Shown one piece after another: positions 25,632-39,448 of a stretch of DNA of 64,000 bases. Source of the stretch: Octopus sinensis (Eukaryota); assembly GCF_006345805.1 (NCBI RefSeq), contig NC_043005.1, positions 96,100,001 to 96,164,000 of the forward strand, given 5' to 3'. The notes below the pieces were generated by a model, which made no database searches, was not told the origin of the DNA, and saw nothing but the letters and a program-made list of their open reading frames with translations. Position 1 is the stretch's first letter; every line of letters starts with the position of its first letter. Both the position numbers and the translations under genes were made by a program.

Positions 25632-25857
25632 TTACGAAGATGTACTTGCATAGCAAGTGACTTGATTTGAGATTGTGTGCTGGAATGAAAACAATTGCAG
25701 CGTGGAAGGTGTTTATAAGCCATTTAAGAAACACACAAAACCGTTAGATTCACTTCAACATTTAAATTTTAAATTAAATTTAAATGTTGAAGTGAATCTA
25801 ACGGTTTTGTGTGTTTCTTAAATGGCTTATAAACATCTTCCACGCTGCAATTGTTTT
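25632..25857. mobile_element. 226-bp insertion containing an 82-bp inverted repeat
   Basis: Arms 25688-25769 and 25776-25857 with one mismatch; flanking direct repeat AATATAGTTCA (25621-31 and 25858-68). Confidence 0.8.
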
Positions 25858-26098
25858 AATATAGTTCAGGTTCTTGACTTTTTACACTCATGTAAGCCTA
25901 AGGTTGACAGTACAATGAAAAAGTAAATGTTGTTTAATGTTATTTCATTTTGCTGTTCATTTTACATATATAACTATGAGTTTTGTTAAATGAAGTTAGG
26001 CCCTTAGAAAAACAATGACAATCATTTGTTCTGTAATAAATGTTGTGCACTGAACCATTGCTCTTTGGCGAAATATTAACTCACAGGAGCACCATTAA

Positions 26099-26523
26099 CC
26101 CTTTCAGTACCAACCTGGCTGAAACCGGCTCTGGCTCTGAGTTCAAATGTCTTGTTTTCATAAGTTTTGAATTAAAATCTTCCACCAAACCTAAGTCACA
26201 ATTTATGTTCCTAACACTAGTTTAACCCTTTCGTTACTGTATTTATTTTGAGATGCTCTGTGTTTCTTTCAATTAATTTTAAATAAAACAAAGAATTTAG
26301 TAAAATAACTTAGTTATCCTTAAGCTAGTGTTAGGAACATAAATTGCGACTAAGGTTTGGTGGAAGATTTTAATTCAAAACTTATGAAAACAAGACATTT
26401 GTACTACAGAGCCAGAGCCGGTTTTAGCCGGGTTGGTAACGAAAGGGTTAATGATAACTAAGTTATTTTACTAAATTCTTTGTTAATACTGAACATCTCA
26501 AAATAAGTACAGTAATGAAAGGG
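26099..26523. mobile_element. piggyBac MITE with a second copy of the same MITE nested in inverted orientation (inner copy 26226-26447)
   Basis: Four TTAA sites (26095, 26222, 26448, 26524) with CCCTTTC..TAC / GTAA.GAAAGGG ends. Confidence 0.9.
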
Positions 26524-27543
26524 TTAAACAACCACAAAAAAGGGCAACATTTCAAATGTCGAAATTTTGCTAGGCTGACTTTGCCTTCCATCTTTTCGGC
26601 AATGAAAGAATTGAGCACTGGGTTTGATGTAATTGACTAGCCTCCTCATCTCCTCAAATTTCAGGCCCTGTGCCTGTAAGTAGAAAGGATTAGCAAATTC
26701 TAGAAATTTTTTGGGTAAAATTTAGATCCTGTTTGGCCAATCGGCTTCCTCCAGTGAAAACAATCATAGCAGTGTTGATTTCATTTTCTGATACTGTTCA
26801 TTTTATATCGTATACACGACCATAATATAACCAGACACTTGGAATTATTCTGTTCAGTAATGCATTCACATTCAACTGTCATCAACTTAGACGTCCATTT
26901 ATTTCAGATTATAGTATATGATTGATAAAATAAAGATCAGTAATGTACTAGGATCAGTTCAGTCAGATGAATACCTCTGTTCTATTCACATTCGATATGC
27001 CCTTTGGAAATCTGCATTCTATGAAGCAATATTGTTTCTTTTTTACAACTTTTGTTACTTTTTAGAAAGAACATTTTAAATATTGCTGTAAGATTGTATT
27101 GCTAAATTTGAAGCTAGCCAAGGTAGAGATAGAAAAAAATAATTTTGACAGCTGAATATCATGTCTTATTTCACTATTTCATAATTGTATAGTGGTCATC
27201 CAGTTTGAAAGCTCTGAGTTTTGCATTAGCACAATGACAATAACATTAGCAGGAGCAGTTGAAAAATTATTTGCATTATCAACTTCAGCAATCACAACAG
27301 CAAAATAAGTTCCATTTAGTTTACTAAAATCTTATCTGGTTATCCTAAGTTCTAGAATATGGGACGAGTAGTTCCAAAAATCCAAGCTAAAAATAAATGG
27401 CCACAGCTCTCTTTGTTATCTGAATTCAAATCATTATTTAGTTATCTTTCTCTTTCACCCTTCTGCTGGTCAATTCTCTTTGTCCTGTTGGCCACTCTCC
27501 TGCTAAAATCATTCACACACAACTGGAAGATAACAACTGTGAT

Positions 27544-27730
27544 CATCATCATCATCGTTTAATGTCTACTTTCCATGCTAGCATGGGTTGGACGATTTTG
27601 ACTGAGGGCTGGCGAACCAGATGGCTGCACCAGGCTCCAATCTTGATTTGGTGGAGTTTCTACAGCTGGATGCCCTTCCTAACGCCAACCACTCCGAGAG
27701 TGTAGTGGGTGCTTTTACGTGCCACCGGCA
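27544..27730 (-). mobile_element. SINE family C 3' part
   Basis: Near-identical to 20085-20270. Confidence 0.8.
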
Positions 27731-27986
27731 TGAATACTCTATTGTACATTTTACTCCTGTTTCATTGTGTGCCAGCAAAGAGAAAGTTTGTTAATACACC
27801 ATTTCACTCTTTGCTGCTTGAAATCTCTGTAGTGTTGGTATTTGGGTGATGGAGCAGCAGAAATGCAAATATTCCTTCCAGGATTTGCTTACGTATTACT
27901 TTGTTCTGATTTCAAATTTCCACTGAAGCCAGTTTTTATGTTCAATAAAAATAAGCATAAATCAAATAATTAGTGGGATTGATTAA

Positions 27987-28130
27987 CTCTTTGGCATTTA
28001 AACCAGCCATATCTGGCCAAAATAATCTACCTGTTTTATCTTCAATCTGGCCAGAGCCAATGAATTCCCATTGATAAAACTGGGAATGAATAAGCATTAC
28101 ATTTAACAGAGAAATCCGAATGCAAAAGGG
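27987..28130. mobile_element. second piggyBac-type MITE family, degraded (related remnant ~56665-56862)
   Basis: TTAA|CTCTTTGGCATT ... AATGCAAAAGGG|TTAA; shares CTACCTGTTTTATCTTCAA and AATAAGCATT.CATTT with the 56.7-kb remnant. Confidence 0.65.
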
Positions 28131-29896
28131 TTAAATGAACTGCATTCCACTTTCCAAAATTTTACTTGAGTTGTGTCTTCTGTTAAGAGGCAGAGTCTGA
28201 AATAGAGTACTGTACTCAGCATATTACTGTATACAGTTTTACTTTGTTTTCTTAGTTGAAACCCTTCTAGAATTCTTTTTCTCCTTTGGTCTTCTTCATT
28301 TTCAGTTTATTGTGCACCAGTAATATACTGAAGTCAGTATAATTCACTTATCAATAAGAATTAACTTTTGCCTTAATAAGAAACTATTGTATTTCTCTGT
28401 CCATTAGTTTTTTTTCCCCCCATTATGCTTGATCTCATCATTATATCGTTTTCACCATCTTAAATCTTTCTCTTAATCAACTCTCAGTCCAGTTACCATA
28501 TAGTCCAAAACAGTGGAAGTTGCTTATCATATATATCCATCTACTTTTTCAGTGTCTCTCAAGACAACCTCATCATCCAATTTAATATTCTTCATTTCTG
28601 TTCTTCCTTACTGATTTCTGTCATTATTGATTATACACACACTTGCAAACACACATGACACTCCTCTATGATTACATCTCTCTTCCAACTAGTTAGCAGT
28701 GTAGTTTATTTTTCATCTGATCTTTACAAATTTGCTTCTAAATTACTACTACTTATCAGATGTAAGCAATGATGCATATTTTTGTAATTCATAAAAATTA
28801 AAACTCTGTTAGGTTCCAGTTATTCAATCATGAGTTAGCTTGTAGGTGGCTGAATATTCCACAGACACATTGTACCCATAACATAATGCTTAGGCAGACT
28901 CAGCATGACAGTTTTTGACAAAGTTTGTTCTTTGAATTATAGGTATAGTCCATCCACTGGGCCTCTACATAGTTTCCATTGACCTGATTTCTCCCTCAAG
29001 GCTTAGATCAATCTAAGGTTATAGTAAAAGATACTTGCCCAAGGTGCTGCATGGTGGAATCAAACATGTTAGTTTACATAGCTCTACCTGTTAATTTAAC
29101 GACTGAAATACTCATTGAAACTGACTGAAATCTTTATTTTAGGATCAATACAATGTGTAAATAGTAATCTTCCGATGTTAATTTAATTAACTTTATTCCC
29201 TGCAACATCAACCTCACCATTCTCTTTAGCTGTGGCAGTAAAGCCTTGGCCTTTGGGCTCATTTATTCCATCATAATCCTGTAATAATGTCTTGATTCTT
29301 TTAACTGTACTTAAGTCATTCTTTTTATATGGTTTGGACAGAAGAGGAAAGACAGCATTCACAACCCTTTGCAGGGTTTCTGAGACTGGTGAGAGGATGT
29401 TATCCTCAGATTGGAGACCTAGCCTGGATGCTTACAACAGAGCAGCATCCAAGGGCTTGGTAGTGCTGTTAAAATAGGTGACGGATTAAGTCTACTACTT
29501 AATCATTAAAAGCCTTTACTTTCTGTCAACCATACCAAAATATGGAGAAAAATAAATTACAGGTGTGAAGCACTTGTCAACTATTTTAACTAAATTAAGC
29601 AAATATTCTTAAAGTTGCATTATGTCTTCAGTGTCAGACTAACAAAAGGAATTCAAAATTTTACTACTTAGTAACTTCTTTAGTGTTATTTTTATCTTTT
29701 TATTTTGTTTATGCATGATTTTTTTTGTTATTCCATGTAAAATAACATTTTACTGATACTACTTTTATACTTAAAAAATTAACAACAATTTCCCACTCCT
29801 ATACTATAGTTTTATATATTGCTTTAGGAGTATGAAAAATATTTATTAGACTATTTGATCTTTATTGATATGTATGGATGATATTTTGTTTCCTAG

Positions 29897-29992
29897 GAAA
29901 CGACACTGTTGTGAATGTGCTAGATGATATTTTGGATGCAAATACAGGAGATGATGATCTTATTGTGGAAATGGCATCAGAAGGGAAAATAG
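29897..29992 (+). CDS. YTHDC1: YTHDC1 coding exon 2
   Basis: tcctag|...|gtaaaa; (G)NDTVVNVLDDILDANTGDDDLIVEMASEGKI, cf. human ELNVLDDIL; 96 nt, phase 1-1. Confidence 0.9.
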
Positions 29993-30472
29993 GTAAAACT
30001 TTTCTTATTTTGAAGCTCATTAATCCTACTTTCTCTGCTTTAAAACATTAACATGGCACTACCTCTTCATTCCTCATAGACATCTTTCTATTGCAAGAAT
30101 TTAGTGAAAGTCAGCAAGTCTTGAAAGAGGCATGTTTACATCTTATTACTACTACTTGGCACTACATATAGCCAAAGCTGAATTTGGAAAAATTGGCTGC
30201 TTCATGGCTATTATTCATCGTTTTCAAGGCAAAAATATACATCTTTAGTCATTACTTTGGTACCAGTATTCAAAATCAAAAAGTTTAAACTCCCTACTAT
30301 TCACAGGTTTATTATTATACAAACTTTGACCAAAATTGGTCGGTGCTTATATAGCTCAGAAAAGTTCTTTGCTTTGGCTTAAAAAGAGACTAATAGAAAA
30401 TAAAATAAAATTGAGAAAAACTACCACATTTTGTAGGTTTTGTCTATTTTTGGCATGAGGTATCCTCCTTGT

Positions 30473-30512
<40 letters not shown>

Positions 30513-30931
30513 ACGAATATCAATATTTTTTTAACTAACTTTTGAAAGATGCTTTATAATGGAATTTCACTACTAACATTTTTCAGTTATTTTACATATT
30601 GATTTCTAACAGTTTTAAGTAATTTTGAATATTAGTTTGAGTTTACAAACTCTGAAATTCATTCCTAACAGATGTAACGGTAGTATTTTAAGGTAGATGG
30701 AGCATATGCAAGGTTTCCTCTCTATGTAGGCCAGCTTTGAAACAACACTAGACAGTTGGATATGAGTGGTTCAATAGAAGATTGTTGTATATTTTTGAGA
30801 AACAACCTTGCTTATGCAAAGAACCATACCTTTGCAGTTGGTAGCAATAATGAAGGATTAATTATCATGTCAAGTAATAAGGCAGTTGGTTTAGGTTTTG
30901 AAGGAGCAGAGGAAACATAGTTGAGAAATAT

Positions 30932-31288
30932 CATCATCGTTTACTGTCCGCTTTCCATGCTAGCATGGGTTGGACGAATGACTGAGGGCTGGTGAACCAG
31001 ATGGCTGCACCAAGATTCAATCTTGATCTGGCAGAGTTTCTACAGCTGGATGCCCTTCCTAACGCCAACCACTCCAAGAGTGTAGTGGGTGCTTTTACAT
31101 GCCATCGGCATGGGGCCAATTAGACGGTACTGGCAACGACCTCGCTCGAATCTTTTTACACATGCCACCTGCACAGGTGCCAGTAAGGTGATGCTGGTAA
31201 CGGTCACGATCAAATGGTGTCTTTTACATGCCACCGGCATGGAGGCCAGATAGCTGCTCTGGCAACGATCGTGCTTGGATGGTGCTCT
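30932..31288 (-). mobile_element. SINE family C copy
   Basis: Same sequence as 20085-20430. Confidence 0.8.
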
Positions 31289-32649
31289 TAATACAGAATA
31301 ACACAAGACAGAAAGGTAAACAAATCTGCTGAACTTTAAAATAATCAGGGAAAAAATTGTCCTTAGAAAATTTATGGATTGTCAAAGAAAGGATGGGTAC
31401 TGTTGTGATGAGCTTAATAAAGAAAATGAAAAACCAAAGTTAGCCAAGTTATTAGAGGATCTAAGAATTCATTTTGTCATTGTTTAGTTCCTGGTCAACC
31501 TTCATCTCATTTATCTGTGATCAATGGTGTAGTCATTCCTTTTCTGTTTTGTTTTTTCAAGTGGTAGTGTGTGATTTGAGGGTGATGTGATACATTATTC
31601 TTAGAAGGTTAAGTGATTATACTGACATTGTTACGGAAACAAATAAAATGAGGAATAGTTGCAATCATGTATAACCTAGTTTAACCATATGAATTAAGTA
31701 ATTCTTATTGATTAGCATAGTTTTTATTATTAGTTTTGGGGTAGATGGAGTAGCATGTCAGACAGAATGCTTTGTTGTATTTATTCCACTTCTTTACATC
31801 CTTCTGGGGTTGATAAAATAAAGTACCAGTCAAATACTGGGTTAATGTAATTGACTAACTCCCTTCCCTTAAAATAGCTGGCCTTGTGCCTAAATTAGAA
31901 ATGATTGTTCTAGTAGAATTAATTGATTTCTTTTGTTGGAGCAGTTGGGTACTCTTTTCGCTGCTAACCTGTGAATAGGAGCACAATCAGTTTTATATGT
32001 TGAGCAAGCTGGGGTGTGTAGAATTATGTGCATTAGCCTTGCAGAGAGAAAATTATTGCTGTCAAGGCAATAGCCTGGTCTGCTAGAAATAGTAATCAAA
32101 TGTCTCATATTACATCTTAATATTTTAAAAGGAAGGCAACTTTGGTTATTATAATCTAGGATACATTGTCTGTGAAAAAGAGTGATGGAGGGAGGGTTGC
32201 TGAATGGTGCCAGTTGCAGTGTCATTGGGGTTTGACTTTGGGTTACAAGCCTGCAATTACTGTAGTAAGGTTTTGGGACTCAATAGTTTAGCAGCATAAC
32301 TGCCTCAGCCACTGTACTTTCAATTATTAAAATTTTTATTAAAAAGGGGAACTTTGAAAGGATTAGGAAGTGAACATAATTGAGTAAATTGTAATGTGAC
32401 TTAAATGTATTTTGTTTCTGTGACCAAAAAAACACATATCTCTTGCATAAGGTAGTAGACAGGATGAGTAAGTATATTTATTCAGCCAGGTAAGTAAACA
32501 TCAAGGCTTTGTGACTGAGTAATTTTTTACCTTTTCATGTCACTGAAGCTATAATGAAGGATTTGATAAGCAAGTGTTTTTTAAAATCTCTATACTTAAA
32601 CTGGTTCTTAAGTTAGAATTATTTCAGATAAAAAAGTTTAAAACTAGGA

Positions 32650-33000
32650 AAAGAAGTTTAGAGTTACTTGGTAGGGTGTGTGGCTTGGAGATCAAGGGAT
32701 TTCTCCAGATTGGGCCACTACTCTCCATTGAGAGACCACAGCTCTGGTACTACAAACATGAGATTAGAGTATTGTGGGAAAGAATTGCAAGGTGGATTCT
32801 TCAAGCTGAGCCAACCAGCAGGAGACCTAAGGGTAGACCAAGAAGAAGATGGTTGGATAATATCATAATCTCATTTAGTCGAGCTTGGGAAGATTCCCAA
32901 GTTGGAAAGTTTTATGACAAATGCTTCTGATAGGACCCTATGTAGGCGGTACCTGAGGACTCTATCTCTTATAACCCTGTCAGGAATAGTGGGTGGAGAA
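32650..33000 (+). mobile_element. degraded RTE LINE 3' fragment
   Basis: PLLSIERPQLW...RRPKGRPRRRWLD in ORF 32574-32930. Confidence 0.65.
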
Positions 33001-35464
33001 GATGGATGGACGGGAGTTTTTTTCTTCGCTGTAAGCAGTAGCTGTATTATATAGACACAAGACTTCATGTTTGGAGGGTGGATATAATCAATTAGATCAA
33101 CTCCTATTTGGTTGGTGCATATTTTATTGATTCCAGAAGGATGACAGGCAAAATCAATTTTGGTGGGATTTGATGTCAAAATGTAATGGTAACACAACTA
33201 AATACTGCCAGGCATTTTGTCACTTTACTGGTTCTGCCAGTCCACTGTAGTGTTATGAATGCAGAATGGTTTTGAAGTTCGTTTTGCAATGACAATATCC
33301 CAGATTTGATGCCACAGCATATTATATTGGGCATGTGGTCTTTTATCAGTTTCAAGTCAACCCATGTCTTGTGAGTGAAATCGTGTCGGTGGATGGAAAC
33401 AGTGGATTGAAACTGTAGTTTAAAGGGCTAATTACAGTGATTCTGCCTGAGGACTATGTCATGAGTACACGTAACTGGGATACTCAGCTGCTCACATGCT
33501 AATTCACTAAATAGGTTACTCATTTGATTGAACAGCCGAATATTCATTACTGAAACAATTGAATCTCCGTTTACTGTATAACTGATGAACAGTTTGTTGA
33601 CTCGTACTGAATTTAAGTTGTCTCATAAGTTCAGTTTGTGGAATAAAGTCATTCAAACTAACTTGTGCTAAATGTTATAAATATAACGGCAACTTCTTCA
33701 AGTATTATCTCTTAGAATGAATTAAGGGATTCAAATTTTTTAGATCTTTGTTTCTAAACTCAAGCATTAGACAAATGCTTGTGTCATGTCTGTCAGAATT
33801 TAGTATTGTGGAAATGCAATCAACTTTTGCATAAAGCTGTGATGAATTTTGGATTTCACTGATATTTCATATATAAACATTTGAGAAATTAAATAACGGC
33901 AGTAGTAGATGAGTCATTTTTAATCTATGTAGCATATAGTCTCTAATCTTTTAAAACAAATATCAACCTTTAACATAGCTTGACAAAAAGTATTTTTTAA
34001 ATTCTCTTGTGTCTTGCTTGGAATTAACTACACAAACCTAATATTTTCTCACTAATCACTATATCCACATCTCTCAGTGGAGACCTCCAGACCCTCCTCC
34101 TTTTATAAAACTCTTGATACTTTCAAAGGATGAGATTTCCCTGATATTTTTTCTTCATCAGTAACATGGTTAATTCTCTACACTTTTATTCTATTGTTAA
34201 CTCAGTATTTATCCTTTCTTTCCATAGTCTTTTGATACCAACATATCTTGCTAGATATGTTGTATTTTCGTCATTGACCTCCTTTATTATATTTTTAATG
34301 AGGATCTTATAATTTGGTAATATTTAACTAAATTAAAACCTAAATATTACCTAGATTTAAGAAAGCTTAAAGGATTGTATCACTTTGCTATTCTTTTAGC
34401 TTCAAATGTTATGCTATAACTTTAGTATTGTCATAACCATTTCAAAGAAACTTGGCTTTTGCTTTAGAGTCAAGAACCATTATTGCCAAGAGTAGCTGTG
34501 ATTATTGTGAGGGCTCCATGCACCCATATCAGTAGACTTATTCTCATATCTGTCTTCGCATTTTAATGTTAGTAGTAAAAAGAAAGCCGTTCACATAATT
34601 GTGGAACAGTCATTTGCTGGCATCAGCCTTCGCACCTTGGTCCACTATAGAACAATGTTTTCATGTCACTTCTCATTAGAAGAAATTCTATCACTGTTTG
34701 CTCTACTTTGGCCTCCACCCAAAACTGTTAGAGGTACATGCCTTTTCTGCAGCCTTTTCTTTTATTCTTCGTACTCATTCCTTTGTTTCTATAACAACCA
34801 CCTGCCAAACTTTTGCTTTACTAACTCAATATTGACTATACTAATTCGGTGCTCCAAAAGTACCACATGATCCAATAGCAATGCTCTTTCTTATTGAGTG
34901 TAGCAATATTAAACAACTATATTGACAGGAGGAACTTTAAAACGGACCGTTCTTCTTGCTGGCAATTAAGGATAGGTTGTGTGATGCAGATTTTCAAAGA
35001 TGTGGCAGTGGAACAGTTCATTAGTATAAGAGTTTTGGGTTAATAGTATTTGTGAGGTCATCCTAAAGATGGGCAGCAACCAATTGAATATGTGAGTGTG
35101 ATATAGTAGTAGATGGTATCCAGGTTCAGTCCAGACCTAGAAAGATGAATCAGCATCAGAAAGGAACTTGTAAAAATATGCTTTTGTGCATTCTGCATAC
35201 CCCCAACGCATGTTGAAAAGAAAAGAATGCGGGTTATTATGAGAGCAATGATGAAAATAGATCGAGTCTTAAAATTTGAAAGCAAGCAATTTCTGTAATG
35301 ATTGTATATTTGAAAACTGCCATTGAATCACTAAGGATACAAAAGATGTTTTTAAAGCTGTTGCTATCTTTACATATTACTAAGTTATATACACACACAC
35401 ACATATACATTCATGCATACATACATAGCACCAAAGTAAGACAGTTTCAAATATTTTATTTCAG

Positions 35465-35650
35465 AACATGCAATGCTTGCCAAACAAAAAAGTATTTCTT
35501 CAAATAAAATTGCTAAAGTCAAACCTTCTCTGTCAAAAGGAAAAGCAACAACTACAAAACCTGGGGTTAGTGTTGGTCTGTCTGTAAAACAAGATCTAAA
35601 GGTTAAAGAGCCAAGATCAAGAGTACAAACCAAGTCTGTTGAGGAAAAAG
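35465..35650 (+). CDS. YTHDC1: YTHDC1 coding exon 3
   Basis: tttcag|...|gttagt; Lys/Ser-rich (E)HAMLAKQK...SVEEK; 186 nt, phase 1-1. Confidence 0.85.
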
Positions 35651-36110
35651 GTTAGTTTCGTTGTGAATATTAAATGTTGTCAGTGTCAGTGCTTGTTTGA
35701 GAAAAGCTAATTATGAATTACTTTGTAATTTGAACTCTTGACTCTTGAAAATGAATTCATCTAATTTGAATATAGATTTGTCTGTGTTGCCAAAAAATAT
35801 ATTTCTCTGCATTGCCACAAAGTCCAGAATGGATAATCTGCTAAAATTTTATTTGGGGTGGAGTAAAACATTTAACAAATTCTACAACATATAGCTGTGT
35901 AGCAAAGCGGATATGAAATAGAATATTCAAGCTAAGCTGTAAAAGAGAATCTAGTGCTTGGATTATTCAGATCAGTCCTATGACATAATTTAAACCATGT
36001 ATGTGTGTGTATACATACATATGCATGGATACTTACACATACAAACCCACAATATTTGTGGATATATGAACTATATATTTTCACCATAATAATCTTTCTA
36101 ATTCCTTCAG

Positions 36111-36278
36111 ATCTCAAACCAAGTAAAGGAATAAAGAAAATGGTTCCAAGGAAAGAGGTAAAGAAAGTCTTAAAGAAACCAGAAAAAGCTCATAAGGAAA
36201 TGTTACAACTTCGAGACAATGATGGTCTTGATGACTTGGATGATGATTACACTCTTGATTTAGATAAAGATGCTGAAG
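36111..36278 (+). CDS. YTHDC1: YTHDC1 coding exon 4
   Basis: cttcag|...|gtagct; (D)LKPSKG...LDLDKDAE; 168 nt, phase 1-1. Confidence 0.85.
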
Positions 36279-36383
36279 GTAGCTATCTTTGTTGAAGTTC
36301 TGAGACTATTTGGTTTTCAATTTTTATTGCTACAAATTTGAGGATGAAGCTAATGTGATCTAAACTTATGTTTCTATTTAAAG

Positions 36384-36584
36384 ATGAACTTCTTATGAAT
36401 AAAATTGATGATCATTATGAAGATGATTCTGATGATAAACATAATGTTAGTATTAGTGCTGAAGAGTCTGAAGACTTGCCTGCTGCAGGCAATGATGCCA
36501 TGGTTATTCAAGATTATGATACACGCAGTGAAATTGGTACTTCTAGTTCAGAAACTTCCTTGACTGACTCAAATTCGGAATCTT
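36384..36584 (+). CDS. YTHDC1: YTHDC1 coding exon 5
   Basis: ttaaag|...|gtaagt; acidic, contains QDYDTRSE as in human YTHDC1; 201 nt, phase 1-1. Confidence 0.9.
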
Positions 36585-37690
36585 GTAAGTTTGTTGGCTT
36601 TTTATATATGTGTATTGTTACTTTTTTGTTCAATAAAGCATCAGTTTATTTTTTTAAGAGAATGAATTTTAGTTTTTTATCTTTTCTTTCTTACTTTAGC
36701 TTCTATACATGGATTTAAACTCAGAATGTATATGCTTCAGTAGCCTAGTGGCTAATAATGATTTCAAATTTTGACAGAAGGCCTGAAATTTTGTGGGTAT
36801 GGCTAAGTCAATTAGATCAACCTTAGTGCTTAACAGGTACTTATTTTATCAATCCTGAAAGGATGAAAAGTGAAGTCAGCTCTGGAATTTGAACTCACAA
36901 CATGAAAATGAATGAAATGCTGCTAAGCATCTTGCCCAGTGTGCTAACAATTATGCCAGCTCACCACCAACCCAATAATGTTGTTACCCTTTTATTAGAG
37001 ATTTGGTTGCTATTTCTAGCAACTTGGGCAATCACACCAAAGATCCTTTGTTAGCATCCTTGTAAGAGTTGAAATGGGTAGAGATTCACACTAACTACTG
37101 TATGATATCTAGTTTATTGTCTCATAATTTTGAGTTTAAAATCTTGATAGGCTGATTTTGCACTGATGTAGATGAAAATATACTGTATGTTCTAGTAGGA
37201 GTAGGTTTATCAACAGCATATCATCTCCCACCGCCCCCCGATTAATTATAGCTTGTCTGTCTAATGACAAAATGGACCTTGCTTCATGAAAATGATTTAG
37301 TTTACAATGTGGTAACACTTTATTTTTCTTCTATCCAATATTTTTTGGAATTCTACAAATAAGTGAAAGAAAATACATGTACACGTACACAAATCTAGAA
37401 TTCTTCTCACATTCACTAATTCAAGTTGAAATTTCATTGCATTGTATATTTGTGTCTCACTTCTATTTACCTTTTTATAACAAAATGGTTAATTGTAAAA
37501 TTAAACTAACAGCTGCAAAGTGAAAAAAAAATGGGAAGTTCTGGCAGTTTTCCTTTTTGTTCTTATAAAAGCTATCTTAGGTGATGTTTGAACAATTATA
37601 TGTAACCAAAAATTTTGATTATCACAAAAAAAAGAAGAATGATATCAACATTATGACAACTGTGGTTTAATTTAGCAAATCTTATTTTAG

Positions 37691-37834
37691 ATCCTTCTGA
37701 CAAAGAAAAGAAAGATGAACCTCGAAGGGAGAAAAACCACAAAAGAGGGATTTCCCCAATTGAATGGGACAGGAAAAGTGAAGATTCTGCTGACGAGGAT
37801 GATGATGGTGATGACAGTGAATCTGAGAGACGAC
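37691..37834 (+). CDS. YTHDC1: YTHDC1 coding exon 6
   Basis: ttttag|...|gtatgt; contains KRGISPIEWDR (human RARGISPIVFDR); 144 nt, phase 1-1. Confidence 0.92.
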
Positions 37835-38899
37835 GTATGTTGGCCTTTCCTAGTTTGGGAATTGTTAATTACCTAGAACATAAATCATGTAGCTAGATCT
37901 TGAAGGTGCTGCTGACTACATGTTCTAATCTTGTCTACAATCTTTTGACTGTCTGGTTCTAATCTGTATAACCACTATGCTTTATTTTTTCAATATTTAT
38001 CTTTATATCAATCTGATGTTTAAGGGCAGTGTGCAAAAATTCTTAGGTTCTCATTCTAAGAATAACCAGGTGAGTTTAAGGTGGTTACTGCTTAGTTTGC
38101 ATTGTCACAGATTAAATGTTGGAAAGGGGAGTTCCTGACAAATATATTTCTTGTTGGTATACAAGAAATACTTACAGTTGCTTGAATGGAAGCAATCAGC
38201 GTTAAATGTTTTAGTTATGAAAGCAACACAGCACTTGTGTTGGAATATGACATGGTGCACTGTCCTATGATGCATATGATGGAAAAAAGTTTTTCTTGGG
38301 ATTGTAACCATGTTGATCTGCCATTTTCGTGAATAGTCAAAGATATTGCTTTCCCCATTGTACCCCAACACTCCTGGCACTCTTTTTATCAACCTCAGAA
38401 GAATGAAAGACAATGATCATAGGTGGGATTTGAACTTAAAATGTAGAGATACATATCTAAATTCCACATATATTTATATATATATTCATATACATCTTAC
38501 TCAATCTGACATCTGATATATTATTGTTATAAAATATTTTAACATGTCAGTCATGTTCTGATTCCTCATAGGAATAAGTAAATATATTTATACTGAATGT
38601 GTTTCAGACCACAAATGAGTGGAAAAAATTTGCTTACTGTCAAAAGACAAATGCGATTGTTTGAACATGTGATCAGAATCAATAAATACTAAATTAGTGA
38701 TTGCTGCTAGATTAAAGTTAACATACTGATATAGATTGTAATAAGGTGTTATTTGAGAATGTTGGTTACAGAACTGACCAAGGAGACCCCTACAGAGAGT
38801 AAGTATACTCATTTAATTTATACCAACATGTATGTATTAACATTTAAAACATTGATATGACGCATGTTTCAAGTTAATTATATTTTATATATATTACAG

Positions 38900-39048
38900 G
38901 TAGTGCATCTCGTTTGAAATATTTATTCAAGAGGGCTCGCTTCTTCTTAATTAAGAGTAATAATCATGAAAATGTGGCTTTAGCTAAAGCTAAAGGTGTT
39001 TGGTCAACTCCCCCACAGAATGAAGCCAGACTGAATCAAGCTTTTAGG
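38900..39048 (+). CDS. YTHDC1: YTHDC1 coding exon 7 (start of the YTH domain)
   Basis: ttacag|...|gtatgg; [49 protein letters not shown]; 149 nt, phase 1-0. Confidence 0.97.
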
Positions 39049-39448
39049 GTATGGAGTTAATCAACTGCTTCTTATGCTGTATTTGTCATTTATTTTCTTA
39101 AAAGCAATTGTGAAAAATTACTTCATCTAAAATATATATCTACACATCCAATTTTTATTCTATAGTTACTGTAATTCAGTTATTGTACACCACATGCAGG
39201 AAAAAACATTTTGTTGGCTCCTGTAAGCTAGAAAGTGTATGTAAGTGTGACTGAAGTTTGATCCTCTAGCATCACTAAAAAAAAAATGTTCCTAATAGAT
39301 CATGTTCATTGAATAATCTCTGTCAAAGATGAAGGTGTTTAATATTGCTGAAAAAATGTATTTTTCTTTATATCTTTCATGCAACTTCATTTTAGAATGC
39401 TGTCACAAGGGTGTCTTGGTTGCTGTGATGTGGAGCTGGTAAAAAAGG

